This document shows positions 9,520 through 18,116 of a DNA stretch of 64,000 bases, one piece after another (within the stretch, counting starts at the first letter, position 1; each line of letters starts with the position of its first letter). Location: contig CALSNU010000002.1 in the NCBI GenBank assembly GCA_943787795.1, forward strand, positions 32,001-96,000, given 5' to 3'. The notes under the pieces are model-generated. The model did not search any database. It was not told the origin of the DNA and saw only the letters and a list, made by a program, of their open reading frames with translations. A program made the position numbers and the translations under genes. Source of the stretch: an uncultured bacterium (GTDB lineage Bacteria > Planctomycetota > UBA1135 > GCA-002686595).

Positions 9520-12132
9520 ATGATCACACTCGCCATCTGCAGCGCCCTCGTCGCCCAGGGCCCCACCTTCGCCGCCAGCGAGGCCGACGCCTACACCCTC
9601 GAGTACCTCAAGACCCCGGACGGCTGCGCCCTCGAGGTCGGAGGCATGGACTTTCTCTCCGACGGCCGGCTCGTCGTCAGCACCCGCCGCGGCCAGGTCT
9701 GGATCGTCGAGGAACCCCTCGGCGCCGACTTCGAGTCCGCGAAGCTGACCCTCTTCCACGAGGGCCTCTGGGAGGGCCTCGGCCTGAACGTCAAGGACGA
9801 CGAGATCCATGTCATCCAGCGCGGCGAGATCTCGAAGCTCCTGGACACGGACGGCGACGGCCGCTGCGACGTGATCGAGACCGTCGCCAGCGACTGGGGC
9901 GTGTCGGGCCACTACCACGAGTTCGCCTTCGGCCTCCCGCGGGACAGCGAGGGCCACTGGTGGATGGGGCTGAACGTCAGCTTCGGCGACCCCGAGTGGT
10001 GGCACGGCCGCTCGACGGCCCCCTACCGCGGGTGGGTCCTGCGGGTCTCGCCTGACGGCACGGTCACCCCCTGGGCCAGCGGCGTCCGCAGCCCCAACGG
10101 CGTGGCGGTGGACAGCCAGGACCGGGTCTTCGTCACCGACAACCAGGGCGACTGGGTGGCCTCGAGCCCGATCTATCACATCCAGGAGGGCGGCTTCTAC
10201 GGGCACCCCAAGAGCCTCAACTGGACCGACGACTACCGCGCCACCGGCAAGCTCGCCCACGACGAGATCCCGCCCGCGCGGGCCGCCACCGGGCGCACGA
10301 CCCCCGCGATCTGGATCCCCTACCAGTGGTCGCGCTCCACCGGCAACCTGCTGGAGGATCGCTCCGGCGGCGCCTTCGGCCTCGAGGACGGGCAGTTCAT
10401 CGTCGCCGAGCTCACCAACGGGATGATCCTCCAGGCCGGCTTCGAGGAGGTGCAGGGCCAGCTCCAGGGCTGGGTGGCGCCCCTGCGCCAGGAGATCGGC
10501 TCGGTGAACCGGGTCCTCCAGGCCCCCGACGGCACGGTCTTCTGCGGCCTCACCAACCGTGGCTGGGGCGGCCGCGCGCCGGCGGACGGGCTGGTGCGCG
10601 TGCGCCGCACCGCCGCCGAGGCCATGGACCTCGCGGGCATGACCCTGCTCGACTTCGACGAGGAGACCGAGAGCTTCGGCTTCGAGATTGCCTTCAACCA
10701 CCCGGTCCACGACGACTGGGAGCCGACGGCGGACCGCGTGAAGATGATCTCCTACGACTACGACTACTGGTGGGAGTACGGCTCGCCCGAGCGGCACGTC
10801 ACCGAGCTGGAGCTCTCCGACGTCCGGCTCTCCGAGGACCGCACCCGGCTCATCGTCAGGTCCTACGACATCTTCCCCGCCACCTGCGTGCGGATCACCA
10901 TGGACGGGATCCAGGCGGCGAGCGGCGCGCCGCTCCTCCACCCCGAGGTCTCCTACACGGTCAACCAGCTCCCCAGCGGCGCCCTGACCAACGCCTATGT
11001 CTCCAAGGTCGTGCCGCCGCCGCCGAGCCGGGGCGAGGCGGACGCGGGCGTCCTGCGCCTCTCCTGGGGCGACGCGCTCGGACAGTTCGAGGCCGAGGGG
11101 TGGGAGCTCGTGGACGCCACGCTCGACCCAGAGGACAAGCGGCAGTTCAAGACCGGCGTCGGCAACGGCGCGCTCGTCAACGCCGGCCCCGGCGCCACGG
11201 ACCTGGTGACCCGCGGCTCCTTCGGCGACGCCCACGTCCACGTGGAGTTCATGCTCCCCGAGGACTCCGCCTCCGGCGTGGAGCTCGGCAGCCTCGGCAG
11301 CCTCAATCTCTTCCCTGACGCCGAGGTGTGCGGTGGCTTCGTGGGGAACGGCGTCACCGCCGGTCCGAGCGAGAGGGCCTTTGGCGACGCGGGCGAGTGG
11401 TGCCCCCTCGACATCTACTACCGCGCCGCCACGGACAATAGCCCGGGCTTCCTGGATCGGGTGGAGCTCAACGGCGTCACGGTCATCGAGGGCCTCGAGG
11501 TCCCGAACGCCGGCAAGGGGCGCGCCCCCATCCGCTTCATCGGCTCCAGGGGCGCCGTCGCCTTCCGAAACATCCAGGTCAAGCCCCTGGACCGCCCCGC
11601 GGACGCGGGCGAGTGGGCCTTCCTGGACGCAGGCGCCACCTGGGATGACTGGGAGCTGGTGGGCGACTGCAACTTCGAGCTCGAGAACGAGGAGCTGATC
11701 GGCAAGGGGGCGCTCGGCTGGCTCTGGGCACCGGTGGACGACCTCGGTGATGCGACCGTGCGAGCCCGGGTCAAGGTCAACGCCAACGGCGCCGGCGCGG
11801 TGATCCTCCGCGCGGCCGACGGTGACGAGGGCTTCGAAGGCTACGAGGTCCGGGTCAACGCCTCGTTCCCCGATGACACCATGACCGGCTCGATCCGCGC
11901 CGGGGAGACCACCGCCAACGTGGGCACCCTGCTCATCGCTGCCGACACCTGGGCCGATCTCGAGATCGACGTGCGCGACGGGGAGCAGGGCACCACCGTC
12001 ACCGTGCGCCTCAATGGCGTCCTGGTGAATCAGATGGTGCACCCGGACGGCTTCGAACCCGGCGGCCTCGCCCTCCGCTGCGACCACGACGGCACCGTCT
12101 TCAAGATCCAGAACATCAGAGTCCGCCGATGA
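9520..12132 (+). CDS. Exported beta-propeller (sugar/sorbosone dehydrogenase-like) protein with two C-terminal DUF1080-like domains
   Basis: LEVGGM..GRLVVSTRRG, YHEFAFG, GVRSPNG, TDNQGDW propeller motifs; FGD..HVEF and VAFRNIQVK / FKIQNIRVR DUF1080-type ends. Confidence 0.8.
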   Translation: MITLAICSALVAQGPTFAASEADAYTLEYLKTPDGCALEVGGMDFLSDGRLVVSTRRGQVWIVEEPLGADFESAKLTLFHEGLWEGLGLNVKDDEIHVIQRGEISKLLDTDGDGRCDVIETVASDWGVSGHYHEFAFGLPRDSEGHWWMGLNVSFGDPEWWHGRSTAPYRGWVLRVSPDGTVTPWASGVRSPNGVAVDSQDRVFVTDNQGDWVASSPIYHIQEGGFYGHPKSLNWTDDYRATGKLAHDEIPPARAATGRTTPAIWIPYQWSRSTGNLLEDRSGGAFGLEDGQFIVAELTNGMILQAGFEEVQGQLQGWVAPLRQEIGSVNRVLQAPDGTVFCGLTNRGWGGRAPADGLVRVRRTAAEAMDLAGMTLLDFDEETESFGFEIAFNHPVHDDWEPTADRVKMISYDYDYWWEYGSPERHVTELELSDVRLSEDRTRLIVRSYDIFPATCVRITMDGIQAASGAPLLHPEVSYTVNQLPSGALTNAYVSKVVPPPPSRGEADAGVLRLSWGDALGQFEAEGWELVDATLDPEDKRQFKTGVGNGALVNAGPGATDLVTRGSFGDAHVHVEFMLPEDSASGVELGSLGSLNLFPDAEVCGGFVGNGVTAGPSERAFGDAGEWCPLDIYYRAATDNSPGFLDRVELNGVTVIEGLEVPNAGKGRAPIRFIGSRGAVAFRNIQVKPLDRPADAGEWAFLDAGATWDDWELVGDCNFELENEELIGKGALGWLWAPVDDLGDATVRARVKVNANGAGAVILRAADGDEGFEGYEVRVNASFPDDTMTGSIRAGETTANVGTLLIAADTWADLEIDVRDGEQGTTVTVRLNGVLVNQMVHPDGFEPGGLALRCDHDGTVFKIQNIRVRR

Positions 12133-13976
12133 GCCAACGCACACGCCTCGCCCTCGCCTTCACCGCGACCCTCGCCCTCGGGGCGGCTTTGCCGCCCGTC
12201 TTCCGGGGATCCGTGCTGCGGATGCAGCGCTCGGGTGAGATGGAGGGGACGCTCTCTGGGCCCCTGCGTCGCGCGAGCGCTGACTTCGCCCTTGCCCCGG
12301 CGGCGGTGGGCGGCGGGTTGATCTTCAACGGAGCAGACGACGCCTTCATTTCACTCGGGGGCCAGCAGGGCCAGCTGCCCCGGGAGGAGCTCCACGTGGG
12401 CGCGCTCGTCTCCGTCGAGACTCCGCGCCGCTGGGGCGGGATCGTCGGCGCCGTCGAGGACAACGCCGAGGCCGAGACGGGCTGGGTCCTCGGGTACGAC
12501 GACTTGGCCTTCACCCTGATGATCTCCACGGAGGCCACGGACGACGGCGACGGCAAGCTGATCACCCTCCGCGCGGACCAGCCGTACGAGTTCGGTCGCC
12601 TCCATCTCGTCACCGCCTCCTACGACGGGGAGCGCGCCGAGCTCACCATGGACGGCGTGGTCGTCGCGAGCTCCGACGCGCCGGGTGGCCCCATCCTCTA
12701 CAGCGGAGAGGAGCGCCTCACGGTCGGCGCCTATCGGGACGTGAACGAGATGTTCCCCCACGATGGACGCATCGCGGCGCTGGAGATCTTCGACACGCCG
12801 TTCGGCGGCAAGCTCGCCTTCCGGAAGCGCTTCGGAGCGGCCAACCCGACCCCGTGGACCGACGCGACCTTCGACTGGCGGGTCCAGCCCTACCTCACCT
12901 GGCCCTCCACGGACGCGGTGAGCATCCTCGGCGAGTCCACCTGGCCTTCGGAGGCCGTGGTCCTCTTCCGCCCCGAATCCCAGGCCGGCTGGACCGAGGT
13001 GACCTCGGGGACCCCGGGTTCGCGCCTCCACGAGGTCCGCCTCGAGGGCCTCGAGGCCGACACGAAGTACTTCTATCAGATGAACCTCATCGGCGCCGCC
13101 AAGGGCGACGCCGTGCCCGTCCTCGAGGGGCCCTTGCGCTCCTTCCGCACGGCCCCCGACAGCGACGAGAGCGCGTTCACCTTCACGGTCATCGGGGACA
13201 CCCAGACCAACGGCGCCGTGGCCAAGCGCGTGAGCGACCTCGCCTTCGAGCAGCGCCCGAACTTCGTCGTCCACTGCGGCGACCTGGTGGACACCGGCGG
13301 CAACAAGACGGATTGGACCGAGACGTTCTTCCCGAGCATGCGGCCGCTGATCGAGCACGCGCCGCTGGTGCCCGTCCTCGGCAACCACGAGCAGGACGCG
13401 CGGCTCTACTACGACTACATGTCGCTCCCGGCGCCGGAGCGGTGGTACTCCCTGCGCTACGGCGCCGCAGAGTTCTTCATGATCGACGGCAACCGGTCGC
13501 TCGGCCAGCAGTCGGAGCAGCTCGCATGGCTCGAGGGCGCCCTCGCCGCTTCGAAGGCGAAGTGGCGCTTCGCCGTGCTGCATCAGCCGCCTTACACCAG
13601 CGACTCCAACGACTACGGCGACACGACCAAGACCTCGTCCACGCGCGGCGACATGAACGTGCGCAACATCGTCCGCCTGCTCGAGGAGCACGGCGTCGAC
13701 ATCTGCTTCTCCGGCCACGTCCACGACTACGAGCGCACCTTCCCCATCAAGGACGGCGCGGTTCGCCCCCACCAGGATGGCGGTGTGCTCTACATCACCG
13801 CCGCGGGTGGCGGTGGTTCGCTCGAGGACTTCGACGGGACGAACACCTGGTTTGGCAACCGCAAGGCGCGGCGCCACCACCACCTCCACGTGGCGATCCT
13901 GGGAGATGACCTCGAGCTGCAGGCGATGGACGAGGACGGCCGCGTCTTCGACACGCTGCGCCTGAGGGCGCGGTAG
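12129..13976 (+). CDS. LamG + FN3 + metallophosphoesterase (purple acid phosphatase-like)
   Basis: LamG-like N-terminus; GDTQ, GDLV, GNHE, H-QPPY, GHVHDYER calcineurin-like motifs; ATGA overlap with the upstream gene. Confidence 0.9.
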   Translation: MSQRTRLALAFTATLALGAALPPVFRGSVLRMQRSGEMEGTLSGPLRRASADFALAPAAVGGGLIFNGADDAFISLGGQQGQLPREELHVGALVSVETPRRWGGIVGAVEDNAEAETGWVLGYDDLAFTLMISTEATDDGDGKLITLRADQPYEFGRLHLVTASYDGERAELTMDGVVVASSDAPGGPILYSGEERLTVGAYRDVNEMFPHDGRIAALEIFDTPFGGKLAFRKRFGAANPTPWTDATFDWRVQPYLTWPSTDAVSILGESTWPSEAVVLFRPESQAGWTEVTSGTPGSRLHEVRLEGLEADTKYFYQMNLIGAAKGDAVPVLEGPLRSFRTAPDSDESAFTFTVIGDTQTNGAVAKRVSDLAFEQRPNFVVHCGDLVDTGGNKTDWTETFFPSMRPLIEHAPLVPVLGNHEQDARLYYDYMSLPAPERWYSLRYGAAEFFMIDGNRSLGQQSEQLAWLEGALAASKAKWRFAVLHQPPYTSDSNDYGDTTKTSSTRGDMNVRNIVRLLEEHGVDICFSGHVHDYERTFPIKDGAVRPHQDGGVLYITAAGGGGSLEDFDGTNTWFGNRKARRHHHLHVAILGDDLELQAMDEDGRVFDTLRLRAR

Positions 13977-13985
13977 ACCAGGGTT

Positions 13986-14852
13986 CTAGAACCCGATCGC
14001 GGAGGCGCCGGCCGTGGAGGCCAGGGCCACGATGTCGTCGAGCTCACGCTGATCGATCTCCAACGCGAGGGTGGATGGCCACCCGAGCGGGATCGAGAGG
14101 TTGTCGAAGCCCTGGGCAGCGAGCAAACGCCCCAGGTAGGTGGAGAAGACGGCGACCTGCACCTCGCGATTGGGCGGGAGATCATTGCGGCCGCCCGCGA
14201 GGCTCTCGGCCGCGGCCTCGATCGCCGGCGGCAGCGACCAGTTGCGCGCGAGCATCAGGCAGAGGGCGGGCCCGGCGCGGCTGACCAGCTCCCTGCGCAT
14301 GCGCGAGCTGAGCTTGCTTCCTCGTCGTTTCTCGACTCGCTGCACCAACTGATGCCCGAGCGGAGCCCCGGCGCAGAGGATGAGCCCGGCGAGCATCGAG
14401 GCCCGATTCGCGCCCAGCTTGGCCGACGACACCCGGTGTGAGATGGCCCCGGCGATCCGCGCGCTCTTCCAGGTCTGCTCTCCGCCGAGCACGCTCTCCA
14501 GGACGGGCCCGAAGACGTGCGATCGAGCGACCTTGATCACCGCGAGCTCCCAGAGACCACGCATCCCGATGCGCTGCGCCGCGACGCTAGGCGATTCGAC
14601 GGGATCGCTGGCGGCGTAGAGCGCTGAGTTGGCAAGGTCTATGACCTGGCCCTTGAGGACCTCGTCTCCCTCGAGGATGTCGCCGACAGCCACGGCGTTG
14701 TACTCGCCGCTGACGACCAGGGCCGCGAGCTCCACGGCAGCTCGGCTCAGCCGCGGCAACTCGTCCTCTGCGACCTCCAGCTCCGCCAGGACGGCGCTGC
14801 GCCACTCTTCGCCCAACGAGTCGGGGACGCCTTCTTCCAAACACAGCCGCAC
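13986..14852 (-). CDS. Stand-alone HDOD domain protein
   Basis: LPRLS..A, D..L...V..LANSALY, IG...L, L...WSLP..I..A. The HD motif is degenerate (AGLILCAG). Start uncertain. Confidence 0.8.
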   Translation of the reverse strand: MRLCLEEGVPDSLGEEWRSAVLAELEVAEDELPRLSRAAVELAALVVSGEYNAVAVGDILEGDEVLKGQVIDLANSALYAASDPVESPSVAAQRIGMRGLWELAVIKVARSHVFGPVLESVLGGEQTWKSARIAGAISHRVSSAKLGANRASMLAGLILCAGAPLGHQLVQRVEKRRGSKLSSRMRRELVSRAGPALCLMLARNWSLPPAIEAAAESLAGGRNDLPPNREVQVAVFSTYLGRLLAAQGFDNLSIPLGWPSTLALEIDQRELDDIVALASTAGASAIGF

Positions 14853-14925
14853 ACTCTGATATCGAATGCTGGAACGCCGGAGCCGAAGGAAAATCACCGT
14901 GACGCACAGTGGAAATCCCGAACGG

Positions 14926-15780
14926 GTGCACCTGACAGGGTGGAGATGCCTCATCGGCCTCCTGGCGCTCGCGTCCTCCTGTGGAACAACGCCCCTCCCG
15001 GTCGAGCCTCAGGACGCCTTGGACGCCGGCGGCGCGGTCCTCGCCGTCGGCGGTGGAGGCACGCCGATGTCCGTCGTGCAGCGGGGGCTCCAGGAGGCCC
15101 AGGGCCACGAGGGAGGGGGGCCTCGCGTCGCTGTGATCCCCTTCGCGTCCGCGAGGGAGGACCGTGGGCTGGGTTCTGTGGAGATGTGGAGAGAGGCGGG
15201 CGCGCCGTCCGTGATCCTCGTTCCAGAAGACGAAAGCGCCCGGGCGATCGTCGAGAGCGCCGACCTCATCTGGCTGGGGGGCGGCAGCCAGCGCCGCTTG
15301 ATGGAGTCTCTGGACCGCCTCGACCTCACGGAACTCATCCGTGACCGGCACCGCGCCGGTGCGGTCGTGGGCGGCACCAGCGCCGGCGCAGCGGTCCTGG
15401 GAGGCGTCATGATCTCGGGCGACCCCGAGCCAGACTCCTACACGGGCGGGGCCATGGCCCCGATCCCGTCGCTGGGGCTGATCCCAGGCGTGATCATCGA
15501 CCAGCACTTCCGTGAGCGGAGGCGCGAGGGGCGGCTCATCAGCGCCCTGCTGGATCGGCCCCGCGGGTGGGTCGGCGTGGGGATCTCAGAGGGCACCGCT
15601 GCGGTCTTCGAGGCCGACTCATTCGAGGTGCTGGGCAAGGGCGTGGTCCTCGTCCTGGAGACCTCCACCGCGACGCTTGGGGACGCCGGGCCCGGCGAGC
15701 TGCAGCGGGCGAGCGGGGTCACGCTGTCCGTTCACACGCCCGGCGAACGCCGCGAGGTCCGCGGGGCGAGCGGCCCCTGA
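14926..15780 (+). CDS. Cyanophycinase / peptidase S51, predicted lipoprotein
   Basis: VGGG, IWLGGGSQ, GTSAGA nucleophile, IDQHF..RRREGRL, GISE; lipobox LASSC. Start uncertain (14866-14926). Confidence 0.85.
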   Translation: MHLTGWRCLIGLLALASSCGTTPLPVEPQDALDAGGAVLAVGGGGTPMSVVQRGLQEAQGHEGGGPRVAVIPFASAREDRGLGSVEMWREAGAPSVILVPEDESARAIVESADLIWLGGGSQRRLMESLDRLDLTELIRDRHRAGAVVGGTSAGAAVLGGVMISGDPEPDSYTGGAMAPIPSLGLIPGVIIDQHFRERRREGRLISALLDRPRGWVGVGISEGTAAVFEADSFEVLGKGVVLVLETSTATLGDAGPGELQRASGVTLSVHTPGERREVRGASGP

Positions 15781-15803
15781 GGGGAGGTCGTATCCTGCAG
15801 GGC

Positions 15804-18083
15804 ATGGCTCTCCTCTCCGCCCTCGCCCTCTTGCTCACCGGTCTCCCCTCCACCGCGCAGGCCGAAGGCCCGACGCCTGCAAGGGAGGACGCCGAGACGA
15901 CCCGGGTCCTGCTGGTGTCCGGGGCCAACAACCACGACTGGGAGTGGACCACCCCATCGCTTGAGTCGATCCTCCGGGAGACCGGGCGCTTCGAGGTCGT
16001 GGTCACGCGGAACCCCGGTGCGGCCCTGGCCGACAGGGGCGCCCTCGACTCATACGACGCAGTGGTCCTCGACTACAACGGCCCACGCTGGGGAGACGCC
16101 GCGGAGACGGCCTTCCTCGGAGCCGTGCGCGATGGGCTCGGCGTGGTCGTGATCCACGCCGCCGACAACCACGGCAACGGTTGGCCGGAGTACGAGAAGC
16201 TCGTGGCAGACCTCTGGCGCAAGGGGACCGGCCACGGCCGCTTTCATCCCTTCGACGTCGAGGTGGTGGATCGCGATCACCCCGTGACCCGCACCCTGCC
16301 GACCATCCTCGCGCACCCCGATGAGCTGTACCACGACCTCGTCAACGTGCACGACGTGGACCGGCGTGTCCTGGCCACGGCGCTCTCCACGAAGGAGAGC
16401 GGAGGCACCGGCGAGGCGGAGCCGATGATCCTCGTCCGCTCCTACGGCAAGGGGCGCATGTTCCACACGCCCCTTGGCCACGTCTGGAAGAACGTCCCGG
16501 GCTCCCAGGCCTCCCACCGCGACCCACAGTTCCGCGGGCTCGTGGTCCGCGGCACCGAGTGGGCCGCGACGGGCACGGTCACAGATGAGCGGACCGCTCC
16601 CGCGGCCGCGGTCGACGGGTGGATCTCGCTCATGGGCCCCGAGCACTGGCAGGCCTTCGGCGGCGGCGAGGCCCCGGAGGGCTGGCGGTTCGAGGGGGAC
16701 GTCCTGCGGCGCGATGGCGCCGCAGGCGACATCACAACGCGGGAGCTCTTCGGGGACTTCGAGCTCACGTTCCAGTGGAAGACCTCGATCGCAGGCAACT
16801 CGGGGCTGAAGTACCGCATCTCCGCCGACGCGAAGCAGCCGATCGGGCCCGAGTTCCAGCTCCTCGACTCAGCCGCCCCTACCTCCAACCGCGAGCATCG
16901 GGCCGGCGCCCTCTACGACGTCGTCCCCGCCGGGGCCTCTCCTCAGGTGCCCTGGGGCGAGTTTCATGAGGCGCGCATCCTCTCCCAGGGCTCGCGGCTC
17001 GAGCACTGGCTCGACGGAGTGCTGGTCGCCGCTGCCGACACCTCCACCCCCGAGTGGGCCGCCATGGTCGAGGACAGCAAGTTCAAGGGCGTGGACGGGT
17101 TCGCCGCGTCCGGACCAGGCCGCCTCCTGATCCAGGACCACGGCGACGAGGTCTGGATCCGGGGGATGCGCATTCGCGAGCTGAGCCGCGGCGATCAACA
17201 GGCCGCGCCGCTCTTCCCCGGCCAAAGCACCGAGGGGTGGTCCAACGTCGGCGACGCCCGCTACGAGGTTCAAGGGTCGACGCTGATCGGGCGCGCCGGT
17301 CCACAGCAGCAGCAGAGCTTCCTGGTCTCCGACCGCGAGTTCGGTGACTACACCATGGAGGTCGACGTCCGGATCGCCGTGGAGGGCAACTCCGGGATCC
17401 AGATCCGCAGCCACGTGGGCGAGGACGGGAAGCTGCGCGGCTACCAGGCCGAGATTGACCCCTCTCCGCGCAGCTGGTCCGCGGGCCTGTTTGACGAGGG
17501 TCGGCGCGCCTGGCTCGACGACCTCTCCGACAACAAGGCGGCCAGGGAGGCCTTCGACCTCGACGGCTGGAACCGCTACCGGATCGTCTGTGAGGGGCCC
17601 AGGGTCCGCACCTGGATCAACGGGGTCGCCGCCGCAGACCTGCTGGACGGCGAGGATCTCACCGGCTCCATCGCGTTCCAGATCCACGGCTGGGACGACG
17701 ACATCGAGATCCACTGGCGGGATCCCCGCGTCGAGGACCGGGGCCGGCACGGCTGGGTCCCCCAGGACCCCGCGGCCCGCTGCGCCCTCGGCGGCGCGCC
17801 GGGCGCACGCGCCACGATCCTGGGCGAGGACGTCGAGCTGCGGCTCGTGGGGGCCGACGGCGCTGCGCTGACCCGGGTTGATCTCTCGGACAGGGAGGGC
17901 TGGAAGGCCGGTTCAATGAACCGCGTCACCGTCCTGCTGGCTCCCGATCGCGCTGCGGTTCAGCTCGGCGACCGGACCACTGTCGAGGTGGCGGTGGAGG
18001 GCGTCGAGGCCCTCGAATTCCACTCGGACTCCCCGTCACTGGAGGTCCGCTCCCTCACCCTCTGCGAGCGCGCCACCGACTGA
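15804..18083 (+). CDS. Exported ThuA-like domain + two DUF1080 (3-keto-disaccharide hydrolase-like) domains
   Basis: VSGANNHDW, DELY, YGKGRMFHTPLGH (ThuA); FGDFEL..GNSG..EFQ..QDHG and FGDY..GNSGIQIR..GYQAEI..FQIH (DUF1080). Confidence 0.9.
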   Translation: MALLSALALLLTGLPSTAQAEGPTPAREDAETTRVLLVSGANNHDWEWTTPSLESILRETGRFEVVVTRNPGAALADRGALDSYDAVVLDYNGPRWGDAAETAFLGAVRDGLGVVVIHAADNHGNGWPEYEKLVADLWRKGTGHGRFHPFDVEVVDRDHPVTRTLPTILAHPDELYHDLVNVHDVDRRVLATALSTKESGGTGEAEPMILVRSYGKGRMFHTPLGHVWKNVPGSQASHRDPQFRGLVVRGTEWAATGTVTDERTAPAAAVDGWISLMGPEHWQAFGGGEAPEGWRFEGDVLRRDGAAGDITTRELFGDFELTFQWKTSIAGNSGLKYRISADAKQPIGPEFQLLDSAAPTSNREHRAGALYDVVPAGASPQVPWGEFHEARILSQGSRLEHWLDGVLVAAADTSTPEWAAMVEDSKFKGVDGFAASGPGRLLIQDHGDEVWIRGMRIRELSRGDQQAAPLFPGQSTEGWSNVGDARYEVQGSTLIGRAGPQQQQSFLVSDREFGDYTMEVDVRIAVEGNSGIQIRSHVGEDGKLRGYQAEIDPSPRSWSAGLFDEGRRAWLDDLSDNKAAREAFDLDGWNRYRIVCEGPRVRTWINGVAAADLLDGEDLTGSIAFQIHGWDDDIEIHWRDPRVEDRGRHGWVPQDPAARCALGGAPGARATILGEDVELRLVGADGAALTRVDLSDREGWKAGSMNRVTVLLAPDRAAVQLGDRTTVEVAVEGVEALEFHSDSPSLEVRSLTLCERATD

Positions 18084-18116
18084 GGCGACGCGCGGCTCGA
18101 ACTCTCCTCGCGCGGC

